From the IMG/VR virus record IMGVR_UViG_3300025127_000234, positions 1-25,824 of that record: a DNA stretch of 25,824 bases. One strand, 5' to 3'. The stretch is from a virus. Its lineage: Duplodnaviria; Caudoviricetes. The position numbers were made by a program, and so were the translations under genes. Positions 16,583 to 25,822 of the stretch are shown here, piece after piece. Every line of letters begins with the position of its first letter. Positions within the stretch are counted from its first letter, which is position 1. The notes beneath the pieces were generated by a model. The model was not told the origin of the DNA. It did no database searches and saw only the letters and a program-made list of their open reading frames with translations.

Positions 16583-17854
16583 TTATTTTAAATAATCGTT
16601 TATGTTTAATGTTACAGGACCCACAGGAGAATCAAATGTACCAGTAGTTCCTGCTGTGGTTTGCCCACTACCTTGATTATTAACATAGTTTGCTAGTTGT
16701 GGGAATTTTTCTTTTAGCATTTCAAACATAAACGCATCGTCAATATTTTTTAAGAAAGGATTTACGTCTTCTTTATCTAGAGACTTAATAAACCCATCTA
16801 AATAAGCTGCATCATATCCATCGTCACCAGGCTCAAGTCCTAGTCTAGCAGCTTCAGCAATTCCTCTAATTGTAGCTTCTTGTACTTTCTCGCTAGGAAG
16901 TCCTGCTTTTATAGCATAAGCTTCTGCTTGATTAGCCAAAGCCTCATTGTATCTTCTTTTAGATGCAGACTCTAAAGCTTCTAGATAAGACTTTTGCTCT
17001 TCTACGTCTGCTTCTTTTTGTACCTTAGCCGCTTTAATAGTACTAGGGAATAGACCTTCACCTTCTAGTAATCTTAAACCTAAGTCCATTAAGAAATCAT
17101 CTTTCTTTAAAAGACCATCCATAATTTTTCCTATCTTAGTTCTATCATCTTTTTCAGGAGTAGGTTCTTTCTTATCATCACCTTTTTTGTCTTTCTCTTC
17201 TTTCTTTTCATTTGATACTTTTGTATCAGATATTATATTCTCTGGTAGATCTTCAAATACAGTGCCTTTAACATCTATATTTTTTTCAGGAAATGTCATT
17301 CTTTCTTTTTCTTTTCTTTTATCTATGGCATCTTTTTGTAATATTTTAAACATGTCAAATATATTTAGTTCTTGGTCAGAACCAGGAACCCCATCAACTT
17401 TTGGTTTCTTTGATATGATATCTTCTATGTAGCTATCAGGTAAAATTTTTTTTAAAAGCTCATTACCATCCGCATTTGCAAAAGCATCTGGAATATCTTC
17501 TGTAACAAATTCTTTTATAGGATTTATTGTGCGGTCTATAAATTCATCAATTGCACTTGGAGGATTCAGTTCTTTCTCTAATTTTTTTAATTGTAATTCT
17601 TTCTCTTCCGCTTCACTCAATTCTTCTGGTACTGTGGGGAGCATAGAAGAATTTACTAAAGCACTTAAACCCTTATTAGTTCCTGCAGGAAAAATAAATG
17701 GGGCTAAGTTTGAATCTTTTAGTATACCACCAGGAGTATTCTTTCTAGCACCATATGTATCTAATCCTAATGTTCTTAATGCATCAGTAGAAAGATTAAA
17801 ATCATCATCTAAAGTTAAAACTAATTCTCCGTCTTTACCTATTTGTACTCCCAT
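16583..17854 (-). CDS. putative internal virion protein (acidic, partly disordered)
   Basis: 423-aa ORF, TAATG-coupled; position between the pilot-like protein and the giant protein. Confidence 0.6.
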   Translation of the reverse strand: MGVQIGKDGELVLTLDDDFNLSTDALRTLGLDTYGARKNTPGGILKDSNLAPFIFPAGTNKGLSALVNSSMLPTVPEELSEAEEKELQLKKLEKELNPPSAIDEFIDRTINPIKEFVTEDIPDAFANADGNELLKKILPDSYIEDIISKKPKVDGVPGSDQELNIFDMFKILQKDAIDKRKEKERMTFPEKNIDVKGTVFEDLPENIISDTKVSNEKKEEKDKKGDDKKEPTPEKDDRTKIGKIMDGLLKKDDFLMDLGLRLLEGEGLFPSTIKAAKVQKEADVEEQKSYLEALESASKRRYNEALANQAEAYAIKAGLPSEKVQEATIRGIAEAARLGLEPGDDGYDAAYLDGFIKSLDKEDVNPFLKNIDDAFMFEMLKEKFPQLANYVNNQGSGQTTAGTTGTFDSPVGPVTLNINDYLK

Positions 17855-18747
17855 TAGCTAAAAAATCCTGTTATATCTCCCCATGTTAATCCTAAGTTAC
17901 CTGCTGCTCCCAATGCGCCTATACCAGCACCAGCTATTTGTCCAAACAAACTAGGTTGTTGAGGAGCTGGACCCATTGTAGTAGTCATTGATCCTGTTGG
18001 AACACCACGTAATATATCAGAGTAGAATCCGAGTTGTTGTTTCGGAAAGTCTCTTTCTTGTACAAATTGATTGTACCCTAAATCTAACACTGCTTGATCC
18101 ATACCTCTTTGTAATCCACCAATACCTAGTTGTCTATTTATATCGGATGATTCTAATGCATCTGCAGTTGCAGCAGTTTGCGCCATACCTAACCCTGAAG
18201 CTAACTGTGTTTTTCTATCTTGTTGTGCTGCTTTTAAAGCCGTGTCAAAAGCTCTAGCTTGTGCCTGTGTATAAATATCACCAAGACCTTGTTGTAAATT
18301 TCTTTGACGTTCTGCTTCTACTATGTCTGCTCTTGATCCACCAAATGCACCAGCTTGTGCAGCTTGTGCTTGATTAGCTACTTGTTGCATTTCAGATCTT
18401 CGTGTTAATTCTCTGGCTGCAATATCTGCTACGTTTGTCATATATGGATTCATATATGTTGATATGTCAGCGGCTGCTGGCATTCCTGCGGCTGTCGCAG
18501 CTGTAAATGCTTGTGCCCCTCTGAGACCACCAAGACCTCTGCCTTGTTGAGCCTGTGCCATAGCTTGTTGTTCTAGATCAGAAAAGCCTGCAAGTCTAGG
18601 TCCTGTGTACGGTATAAAATTTTCTTTTGCTACATCACCTGCAGTTGCTACTAAAGATTCAGCAGCTCTTTCCATATACTCAGGAAGTTGTACCTGACTT
18701 GTAGAAGTTTGTTGTGCCTGTTTAGTTCCAAATAAAAAATCTAACAT
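17854..18747 (-). CDS. putative DNA ejection/pilot protein
   Basis: Ala/Gln/Gly-rich; YMNPY, AGAFGGSR and a C-terminal Gly-rich hydrophobic segment typical of podovirus ejection proteins. Confidence 0.7.
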   Translation of the reverse strand: MLDFLFGTKQAQQTSTSQVQLPEYMERAAESLVATAGDVAKENFIPYTGPRLAGFSDLEQQAMAQAQQGRGLGGLRGAQAFTAATAAGMPAAADISTYMNPYMTNVADIAARELTRRSEMQQVANQAQAAQAGAFGGSRADIVEAERQRNLQQGLGDIYTQAQARAFDTALKAAQQDRKTQLASGLGMAQTAATADALESSDINRQLGIGGLQRGMDQAVLDLGYNQFVQERDFPKQQLGFYSDILRGVPTGSMTTTMGPAPQQPSLFGQIAGAGIGALGAAGNLGLTWGDITGFFS

Positions 18748-20039
18748 TATTCGTTACCTCCAAACAATACAGGAATATCATCTTTTAAATTTACTCCTTT
18801 AGCTCTATCTACTGCATCAGATAAATTTTCTAATAAATTCTGACGATTAGGATCTCCTGTCATAAATCTGTTTCTTAGTGATTCAAGAGTTAATGGCATG
18901 TTAAATCTTCTTTGTAAGTTACTAAAGAAATCTATCTCTTCTTCTTCATCTTCTTCTTTTTTTGCAGTGTCTTGACTTGGTGCAGGAGTTTGTTTATTGT
19001 CATTACCACCACCTCTATTGCGTCTTCTCATTTCTTCTGCAGCCATCATGGCATCTTGTTTATCATAAAACTCTTTTAATTCTTCAATAGTCATGTCTTC
19101 TAATTTTTTACCACTGCCAAATAATTTACCTAATATTCCTGAAATACCAACACTTCCAAAAAGATCAGCTACGTTTTCAACAAAGTTTTTATCTCTAGGT
19201 AATTGTCCGAATGTTTTTGCAGCACGTAAAATATTTTTAGTATCATCACCTAGCATAGTGTTGCCAAACAAATCTTTACCTCCGTAGTCATAAGCAGCTA
19301 AACTAGATTTTAATGCATCAACTGCTGCATCGTATTGTTCTTTACCAGCTCCTGGTGTTGTTTTTTCATATTGTTTTAATAAGTCAACAATACCTTCTGC
19401 AGCTTTAATGGGATTATAACCTGGTGATGTAATCGTTTGATCTCCAAAAGTAAATTTCTTATCAGGGTCTACACCTAAACTACTTACAAGATTAGATAAT
19501 CTATCTTCTTTTATAGCAGCTTCTAATCCTGCTTGATTAAGTTGGAATTGAGTATCAGCTGGTCCTGTAGGTCCACTAGTTGGTTTATCATCATCATCTC
19601 TATCAGGTTTAGATGGAGGAATATTAAAATTTCTTTCTCTTGCTGCTTTTAAATTTCTAGCACGGTCTATCATGCCTTTGCTTACACCACCGCCTTCTTT
19701 GCCATCTGTAATATAGAAAGAAGGTATACCTGTGACAGGTTCTGGTTCACCTGAACCACCTAGTAGTTTAAGTATGCCCGCTTCTTTTGGATTAATGTAT
19801 GCAAGAGATTCACCTTCAGGCGCTAATGTATTAATAGTTCTTGCAAAATTTCTTAATTGTGATTGTACATTGTCTAATGACATATTATAAAAATCTGGGT
19901 TCTCTGGTTTAGCTACAGGTAGTTCGTATATACCTCTATTGTTTCTCGATTCTTTTTTAAGTAATGCGGCAACACCTGGTGCAACTTCATTTGTGCGCAC
20001 CGCCATATCACCTGGATTAAGAGGACCTGCAAACTGCAT
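18747..20039 (-). CDS. putative internal virion protein
   Basis: LAYINPKEAGILKLLGGSG...TGIPSF motif recalled from marine podovirus virion-module proteins; TAATG-coupled downstream. Confidence 0.6.
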   Translation of the reverse strand: MQFAGPLNPGDMAVRTNEVAPGVAALLKKESRNNRGIYELPVAKPENPDFYNMSLDNVQSQLRNFARTINTLAPEGESLAYINPKEAGILKLLGGSGEPEPVTGIPSFYITDGKEGGGVSKGMIDRARNLKAARERNFNIPPSKPDRDDDDKPTSGPTGPADTQFQLNQAGLEAAIKEDRLSNLVSSLGVDPDKKFTFGDQTITSPGYNPIKAAEGIVDLLKQYEKTTPGAGKEQYDAAVDALKSSLAAYDYGGKDLFGNTMLGDDTKNILRAAKTFGQLPRDKNFVENVADLFGSVGISGILGKLFGSGKKLEDMTIEELKEFYDKQDAMMAAEEMRRRNRGGGNDNKQTPAPSQDTAKKEEDEEEEIDFFSNLQRRFNMPLTLESLRNRFMTGDPNRQNLLENLSDAVDRAKGVNLKDDIPVLFGGNE

Positions 20040-20045
20040 CTAAAT

Positions 20046-20074
20046 ATTATACCTTTTTTGTACCTTTCTAACAA
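20046..20074 (-). promoter_or_regulatory. sigma70 promoter for the ejection-protein operon
   Basis: Minus strand TTGTTA (20074-20069), 17 bp spacer, TATAAT (20051-20046); ATG 20039 lies 7 nt downstream. Confidence 0.75.
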
Positions 20075-20091
20075 GGGGGGCACGGGCAAAT

Positions 20092-20433
20092 TTACAGTGG
20101 GTTATTTGTATCACTCGTTACCTCCATTAAACTTACTATTACATGCAGTCTGCCAGCTGTTACAGCCTGCGCTTTTAATATCTCAGTAGCTTCCATAACT
20201 AAAGGATGTGTCAATATCTCATCTGTTGCATCACCACTTACAGTTTCTTTCTTTAATCTAAATACAGCAGAGCTAGCATCTGTGATTGTTAAGGTTGCTG
20301 TGTCACCTGAGCCAGAGTCGTCAGATACTAATATCGATTTAATAATAGCTTTGGTCTCTGCAGGACATGTGTATATAGTGGTATTATTTGTTGTAGTTAA
20401 ATCTACTTTTTTACTTTTATATTCTATAGCCAT
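20092..20433 (-). CDS. small beta-rich virion-associated hypothetical protein
   Basis: Start probably ATG 20433 (TAATG overlap); TTIYTCP...AIIKSILVS pattern common in phage structural modules. Confidence 0.7.
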   Translation of the reverse strand: MAIEYKSKKVDLTTTNNTTIYTCPAETKAIIKSILVSDDSGSGDTATLTITDASSAVFRLKKETVSGDATDEILTHPLVMEATEILKAQAVTAGRLHVIVSLMEVTSDTNNPL

Positions 20434-20621
20434 TAACTTAAAAACCAACTCATAGAAGTCTGCTCTGTTTGATCTGCAATTTTAACAGGAGGATTTTCTT
20501 CTGAGAAATCTTTTAATTTTAAAACCTGCAGTAGTGTATCAAATGTTTTAACATCTATCTTGCCTTCAGCTCTTTCTTTATAAGACGGTTCTGGATATGC
20601 AGGCTTACTATATATTGCCAT
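20433..20621 (-). CDS. small hypothetical protein (62 aa)
   Basis: TAATG-coupled on both sides. Confidence 0.7.
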   Translation of the reverse strand: MAIYSKPAYPEPSYKERAEGKIDVKTFDTLLQVLKLKDFSEENPPVKIADQTEQTSMSWFLS

Positions 20622-22474
20622 TACCTAGCTCCGTCTACTCTTCCTTCAGCTCTCCAAGTTCCTAAACGCCATGCCACACCTGTAGTATCTGTTTCATATC
20701 TAGCTTGAAAAGATCTACCTCTAGCACGCATATCTAATTTGTTATCTGTATTAGATATTGTAAAAGGTCCTTTTGTTATTTCAGTATCTTGTGGAAATAC
20801 TTTTGTCTTCAAAGTAAATTTAATATTTGTACCTGCACTATACGTTACATCAGGTATAACTCTATTTACAAAATAAAGATTGTCACCATTAGCATCACCA
20901 TTAAAGAAACCTGTTTCTACAAAAGCTGTAATAGCAGAACCTGCTGCGTCATTTCCAGACTCTTGATTATATTGTAAACCAGTTTTATCTACGGTTAGTG
21001 GGTTAGCAAAGATATTAGAATCTACCCATGCTGTTCTGTCTAGAGTTCCTATTGACCAGTTATTATCTATATAATTATATATAACATACTTATCAATATC
21101 ATCAGAGCTGCCTGATGGATAGAACCACCATATCTCATTAAACTTAATGTTCTGACCAGCAAATACTTTTTCTCTTTGTACTTGATTAAAGTCATCAAAT
21201 ACGTGCTGTAATACTGGGCATGGTAAAGTTCTTACTGCACCATCATACATATAAAAGTTATCTACACCCATCCAGAATGATGCACCTTCTATCGTAGTAG
21301 CTGCGTTCTTAGATATGGTGCCTGATATCTCTCCTAGTACAGAGAATGAAAATGTAAAAGGTGGACCAATAAACTGCATAGAATAAACATCTACATCTGT
21401 CCAAACAAATATTTGACCACGACCTTTTTCTACTGCTTCTATATTAGTTCCTGTACCTAGCCTTTGTTCACCAGCTGTGTTTGTTATTTGTGCGTTCCAT
21501 GTACTTAAACTTTCTTGGTCTGAGAATCTTATAGTCATTCTGTCATATGTAGAAGAGCCTTGAGGATTAGAACCAAATACAATTAAGTGTCTGTCTGGTG
21601 TAGATACTAACACTTGCCCAACTTTAGTTGGTATCTGTGAAGCATCTCCACTTAATGTGTTTGTCACATAGTATGCTAATGTAGTTCCTCTAAAAGTACT
21701 AGGAGCAGCAACAAAAGCACTTACATCAAAGTAATATATTGTATCTTCACCACCACCTACAGAAGCTACGATGTCCTCACCAAAAGCATCCATAGACCAA
21801 ACTCTAGGAGATAACACAACACCAGAAGCTGAACGTGCAGTACCCCATGAAGAAGCTCCCCATACACCAGCACCAAAACCATAACCTGTTAAACCATCAT
21901 CTGGTCCATTGTTTGTTAAGTATCTTAATGTAACAGAACCTCCGCCTGTTTGACTACCACTACTTGCTGTGCCTGAAGAAGCCACAATAGAATATTGGTT
22001 TGCACTTATATAAGTACCTATGTATTCTCCAGCTGCTATTGTTACTCCATCAAGAGTCACTGCTGTGTCTATAACAACACGAGAACCTGGACTAGTGTTA
22101 GCCAAGCCGTGATTAGTATGTGTTACTGTGACAACATTAGAACCTGCAGAACCTGTAGTGTATGGATTAGTTAAAGTTATTGGGTCTGTTCTAAATGGTG
22201 TAATGTCATAGACTGCACCACCATACTCCACAAAGAAGTGAGTTGATGTTCCCATAAATATAAACTTACTACCATCTGTATCTCTATGTGGGAATATTTT
22301 ACGGCATTGCCCTTGTAGTTGTGATGAACTAAATCGTTTAGTCCAGCCACCTATCTTCTCTGCATAGCCTTGAAAGAAGCGCACCTTATCTGCGTTAGTA
22401 TAACGCATCTGCGCTTGATAATCTGTTATGTCTGTGATAACTCCTGGAGGCGCTGTTAATTGTACTAATGGCAT
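20621..22474 (-). CDS. packaged-DNA stabilization / tail nozzle protein (P22 gp10-like)
   Basis: 617 aa, beta-propeller-like; NADKVRF...EKIGGW, IRFSDQE, EIWWFYPS, C-terminal RARGR...WRLG. Confidence 0.7.
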   Translation of the reverse strand: MPLVQLTAPPGVITDITDYQAQMRYTNADKVRFFQGYAEKIGGWTKRFSSSQLQGQCRKIFPHRDTDGSKFIFMGTSTHFFVEYGGAVYDITPFRTDPITLTNPYTTGSAGSNVVTVTHTNHGLANTSPGSRVVIDTAVTLDGVTIAAGEYIGTYISANQYSIVASSGTASSGSQTGGGSVTLRYLTNNGPDDGLTGYGFGAGVWGASSWGTARSASGVVLSPRVWSMDAFGEDIVASVGGGEDTIYYFDVSAFVAAPSTFRGTTLAYYVTNTLSGDASQIPTKVGQVLVSTPDRHLIVFGSNPQGSSTYDRMTIRFSDQESLSTWNAQITNTAGEQRLGTGTNIEAVEKGRGQIFVWTDVDVYSMQFIGPPFTFSFSVLGEISGTISKNAATTIEGASFWMGVDNFYMYDGAVRTLPCPVLQHVFDDFNQVQREKVFAGQNIKFNEIWWFYPSGSSDDIDKYVIYNYIDNNWSIGTLDRTAWVDSNIFANPLTVDKTGLQYNQESGNDAAGSAITAFVETGFFNGDANGDNLYFVNRVIPDVTYSAGTNIKFTLKTKVFPQDTEITKGPFTISNTDNKLDMRARGRSFQARYETDTTGVAWRLGTWRAEGRVDGAR

Positions 22475-22490
22475 TTGCCGTGCCCCCTTC

Positions 22491-22694
22491 CTACCTGTTA
22501 TTAGGTATACTTATTAAATAACTCTCCATCCACATTATCTTCTCTTTGATAATGGCAATGTCCTGTTGCATTTGAGTAATCTTATCTACTTTGTTTTCAA
22601 CAGCATCTAATCTTTCAGACCACATGCCCCATGTCATGGCTATACCAAAAGCCATTACTATGTATGGTGCTATTAATTTAATATCTATCTTCAT
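22491..22694 (-). CDS. small single-TM + coiled-coil protein
   Basis: Hydrophobic LIAPYIVMAFGIAMTWGMW followed by heptad-like repeats; ATGA-coupled. Confidence 0.65.
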   Translation of the reverse strand: MKIDIKLIAPYIVMAFGIAMTWGMWSERLDAVENKVDKITQMQQDIAIIKEKIMWMESYLISIPNNR

Positions 22695-22978
22695 GGTTTA
22701 GTTGGCCAAGTTACTGAGTTTACTTTTTCTACTGTGTCTAAGCCTTCTGTTAAATCCCTTAAATCTTGTCTATATTTTTTCTGTGCGTCTGTCATGGTGT
22801 TATCAGAGGTACCCCACCAATCTGTTTCTGCGATTAATCTATTTCTTTTTCTTCTAAGTTCTTCCATGCTTCTATCAAGAGCACCATCTGCCCATGCTTT
22901 TTCTTCTGCATCTCTTGCAGTTTCTTCCTCTGCTGTAAACTGAACTTTTTCTCCATTTATATTATGAAATCTAGGCAT
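22691..22978 (-). CDS. phage tail (fibre) assembly chaperone
   Basis: LRRKRNRLIAETDW...YRQDLRDL...WPTKP signature. Confidence 0.85.
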   Translation of the reverse strand: MPRFHNINGEKVQFTAEEETARDAEEKAWADGALDRSMEELRRKRNRLIAETDWWGTSDNTMTDAQKKYRQDLRDLTEGLDTVEKVNSVTWPTKP

Positions 22979-23607
22979 TAATTTACTCCAAATAATTTAA
23001 ATGTTCCACTAGCTATAGTACCACTAGCCATAAAAAATCTAATGGCATTTACAGCACTTGTTGATGTAATATTAGCACTACCTATTATCATTCTCATGGT
23101 CGTGGAATTATCCATGAAAGTACCAAGTATAGCTATATTTTTATACAAGCTACCCGCAGGATTAAATAGATGAAAATCAAAACAAGCACCTTCTCCTGTT
23201 GCACTACCACAACTACCACTGCCTGTTATTTGTAAAGGGTCCATATTTGCGGATGCATTTACTTCATCTAATGTTCCTGAAGAAGCATTGTTCTCGTGAC
23301 TTATTGATCTTTGATAACTTCCCAAATCGCCTGTAAAATTATCAGTTGACGCTAAAAATTTTAAATGTTGTGCATCTGTACCAGGCACTAAATCTATTAC
23401 TGAAACGATATATTTTTTATAAGCGCTTGTAATATAAGTTGAATTAAAAGTTATAGTGGTATCACCACTAGCTGAAATTGTATGTAGCAAGTCATAACCT
23501 GCTCCACTAACTGTGCCTGTGAAAGCAAAATTGTTTGCTAAATTTAATTTAGCAGATGTAATTGTGCTATCTGCAAAAGCTCCTGCGGGTAATGTATTAA
23601 GTGCCAT
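22978..23607 (-). CDS. tail fibre/spike-associated beta-rich protein
   Basis: DSTITSAKL N-terminal motif; C-terminal AIRFFMASGTIASGTFKLFGV pattern. Confidence 0.65.
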   Translation of the reverse strand: MALNTLPAGAFADSTITSAKLNLANNFAFTGTVSGAGYDLLHTISASGDTTITFNSTYITSAYKKYIVSVIDLVPGTDAQHLKFLASTDNFTGDLGSYQRSISHENNASSGTLDEVNASANMDPLQITGSGSCGSATGEGACFDFHLFNPAGSLYKNIAILGTFMDNSTTMRMIIGSANITSTSAVNAIRFFMASGTIASGTFKLFGVN

Positions 23608-24152
23608 TATGCTAATATCTCCGTAGCCATACCAATTGAAACCTCTGCATCACTATAACCACCAGTATTTGCTGGCATATTTAAAGTCCATGCCCCAGAA
23701 TTAGTTTTTATTTGTAAATCATATTGAGTAGCAGAAGTTGTATTAGGCGAGTCTAAATATACTAAAGGCTGTGGTTGTGTGTAATAAGCCGACTGACTAT
23801 CAGCAGGCCATCTAGTAACTATGAATGGATCTGATTGAACATCTGATCCAGCAGTATTATTTCTAATTTTTAACATAACATTAGCAGATGATGTATTACA
23901 ACCAACACGAGGAGTAAACATCAGTAATACTTTACTAGTAGCTGCACTAGGAGTAATAGTTACAGAATAAATAGTTACATAACTAGTAGAACTTGATGTT
24001 TCTGTATTTGATTTAATTGTTTGCACTACTTGTCCTACTTTACCAACAGGAGGGAAAGCTGTACCAAGAGTTACACTACCTGAACCATTAGACGTGATAA
24101 GATTATTATCACCTGAGTCATTAATTAAATTTACTTTTAGTTTACTGGTCAT
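23607..24152 (-). CDS. tail fibre-associated protein
   Basis: MTSKLKVN N-terminus; GKVGQVVQT, ITPSAATSKVL, LDSPNTTSATQY motifs. Confidence 0.65.
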   Translation of the reverse strand: MTSKLKVNLINDSGDNNLITSNGSGSVTLGTAFPPVGKVGQVVQTIKSNTETSSSTSYVTIYSVTITPSAATSKVLLMFTPRVGCNTSSANVMLKIRNNTAGSDVQSDPFIVTRWPADSQSAYYTQPQPLVYLDSPNTTSATQYDLQIKTNSGAWTLNMPANTGGYSDAEVSIGMATEILA

Positions 24153-24701
24153 CTATACTCCTACTAACTTGTACGCTCCAAAATATGTAGGTGAAGCACT
24201 AGAGGCTCCATAAATACTTGGTGTTCCAGAACCTACATTTGCTTTTACATACATCTCCACATAATCAGTGGTGTTAAAATCAACAATCATACTAATAGCT
24301 TGTATAATTTGGTTACTTTTAGCGTTAGAATTATTACTAGGGTCGATTGCATTTCTAGCTAATTCAGAGCCATTTTTATAAAGAATAATAGCTCCATATT
24401 GATATTCTTCTCCATTACTATTACTTGCATTGACTTGACCATAAACAAGATACTTACCTGCCACTGTTGGTGTAAATCTATAGTTTGTGCTATTATCGTA
24501 CTTACTATCAGTGTCAAATAATTCAGTATCAAAATCTATTTTTGTATCGGTGCCACTTGAAATATTTGTACTTGAACTCTTGGTAGCATGAAAGGCGGGA
24601 ACGCTAGTAAAAGGTCCAGATACAGTATCCCCTGTCTCACCAATCGTAATTGATGAGCCTGACTGCTTTATAATCTCATTTACCTTTAACTGTGATGCCA
24701 C
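24153..24701 (-). CDS. tail fibre-associated protein with C1q/TNF-like domain
   Basis: GTG start with GGAG SD; PAFHA...IDFDTELFD...YRFTPTVAGKY...DYVEMY...YFGAYKL. Confidence 0.75.
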   Translation of the reverse strand: MASQLKVNEIIKQSGSSITIGETGDTVSGPFTSVPAFHATKSSSTNISSGTDTKIDFDTELFDTDSKYDNSTNYRFTPTVAGKYLVYGQVNASNSNGEEYQYGAIILYKNGSELARNAIDPSNNSNAKSNQIIQAISMIVDFNTTDYVEMYVKANVGSGTPSIYGASSASPTYFGAYKLVGV

Positions 24702-24711
24702 TTATTACTCC

Positions 24712-25041
24712 TTATGATTTAGGGTTTGCGTCTTTAATAGCTTTGATTCTAGCTTTCCATGCATCTATATCTTTATAGATTTCATCTAGCTGATCACCAA
24801 TATCACCGTAAGCTGCTCTACGTGTAGATCTGACTACATTGTTTGCCTCTTCAGTATTACCTGCTGTTTCGTATGTAGCAAGTTGATCATCTGTTGGTTT
24901 ATCAAGTCCTGAAACATTCCATTCTTTTATGTAAGGACCCTTACCATCAGAATCATCCTGAAGTAAAACGTCTTTTGTAAAATCCACAGTCTTTGAGTTA
25001 GCCTCACAATAAAGTTTTATCTTTGTTGATAACTGTGCCAC
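24712..25041 (-). CDS. XkdW-like tail-associated protein/chaperone
   Basis: LQDDSDGKGPYIKEWN...KPT and RRAAYGDIGDQLDEIY...IKDANPK; GTG start with GGAG SD. Confidence 0.65.
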   Translation of the reverse strand: MAQLSTKIKLYCEANSKTVDFTKDVLLQDDSDGKGPYIKEWNVSGLDKPTDDQLATYETAGNTEEANNVVRSTRRAAYGDIGDQLDEIYKDIDAWKARIKAIKDANPKS

Positions 25042-25050
25042 TGTTTACTC

Positions 25051-25419
25051 CTATCCGCTAAAGTCTGCGTATTCCACAACCTTAGCACGTTCTGCTGCTC
25101 TTTTTGTTTTTACATCAGAAGGCATAGCAGTTCCGCCCTCTGCCTCTCTGATTGAATACCAATCAGTAGATGCAAGATAAGCTCTTGCAGTTTCGTTGAT
25201 TACTTTTTGATCAGCAAACTTGTCTTGTTTGTCCATGTCGGCTTTGACTTTTGCCCAAGTAACAGCATCTGGCTTAGAGCCAAAAATAGCTGTACCGTTA
25301 GAGTCAGCGCCAGATACCCACTTAACTTGCGAATTAAACTCCGCTTCAGTAGAGGGGGCACCAGTTATGACAAACTCGTATGTACCGATCGATTGTATTG
25401 CTTGTGCACAATCTGCCAT
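25051..25419 (-). CDS. tail fibre assembly chaperone-like protein
   Basis: ARAYLASTDWY...KRAAER motif; AGGAG SD. Confidence 0.65.
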   Translation of the reverse strand: MADCAQAIQSIGTYEFVITGAPSTEAEFNSQVKWVSGADSNGTAIFGSKPDAVTWAKVKADMDKQDKFADQKVINETARAYLASTDWYSIREAEGGTAMPSDVKTKRAAERAKVVEYADFSG

Positions 25420-25429
25420 TGTTTACTCC

Positions 25430-25822
25430 TTATAATATCACTAGTGTTCCACCACTAGCTACGGTTATTGTTTGTCCTGAGGACACTGTTATAGGACCCA
25501 CTATACTAGCATTTTCAGATGCTGCAATAGAGAGCCCCCCTGTCAAAGTTTGTACGTTTCGATACGCGCCTTGAATACTTGTTAGTTTCGCAGCAGTAAC
25601 TGTTGCGTCACTTGGAGTACCTATGTCTAAAGTATCTCCGAATATCTGACCTGAAAACGTAGCACCGTTTGCAGGTGGTCCTGTAAATGCTATTGTACCA
25701 GATGTTGAGCCCGCTGTAAAGGCTGTTCCTGGTACTTGATAGACACCATTTATATGAATCATTAGCGATGCTAGTGAACCTATTGTTTGTGTGGTGCCCC
25801 CTACAGCTATAGTAAACTGTGT
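25430..25822 (-). CDS. 5'-truncated tail fibre/baseplate-repeat protein
   Basis: Frame stays open to the window edge (TQFTIAVGGTTQTIGSLASLMIHINGVYQVPG...); INGVYQ-x-P...IAFTGPP repeat unit; GPITVSSGQTITV tail. Confidence 0.7.
   Translation of the reverse strand, partial: TQFTIAVGGTTQTIGSLASLMIHINGVYQVPGTAFTAGSTSGTIAFTGPPANGATFSGQIFGDTLDIGTPSDATVTAAKLTSIQGAYRNVQTLTGGLSIAASENASIVGPITVSSGQTITVASGGTLVIL

Larger units (their letters stand above)
2927..25801. repeat. dispersed octamer GGGGGCAC, 13 exact copies
   Basis: + strand starts: 2927, 3521, 7868, 13501, 15436, 20076, 25354. Minus strand (GTGCCCCC on +): 4595, 7115, 11258, 13175, 22480, 25794. Counted by eye. Confidence 0.9.

Noticed and set aside
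18513-18520. Near-match GTGCCCCT (also GAGCCCCCC at 25532)
   Set aside because: One mismatch from the octamer; excluded from the count, though possibly weak sites.
8462-25574. Many short + strand ORFs (e.g. 8885-9181, 14411-14788, 17529-17861, 22734-22943)
   Set aside because: Antisense shadows of long minus-strand genes with atypical composition.
2927-25801. Octamer explained by amino-acid bias or G-quadruplexes
   Set aside because: It occurs in several frames, both strands and intergenic DNA; other Gly-Gly-Thr sites use AT-rich codons; each copy is a single isolated G-run.
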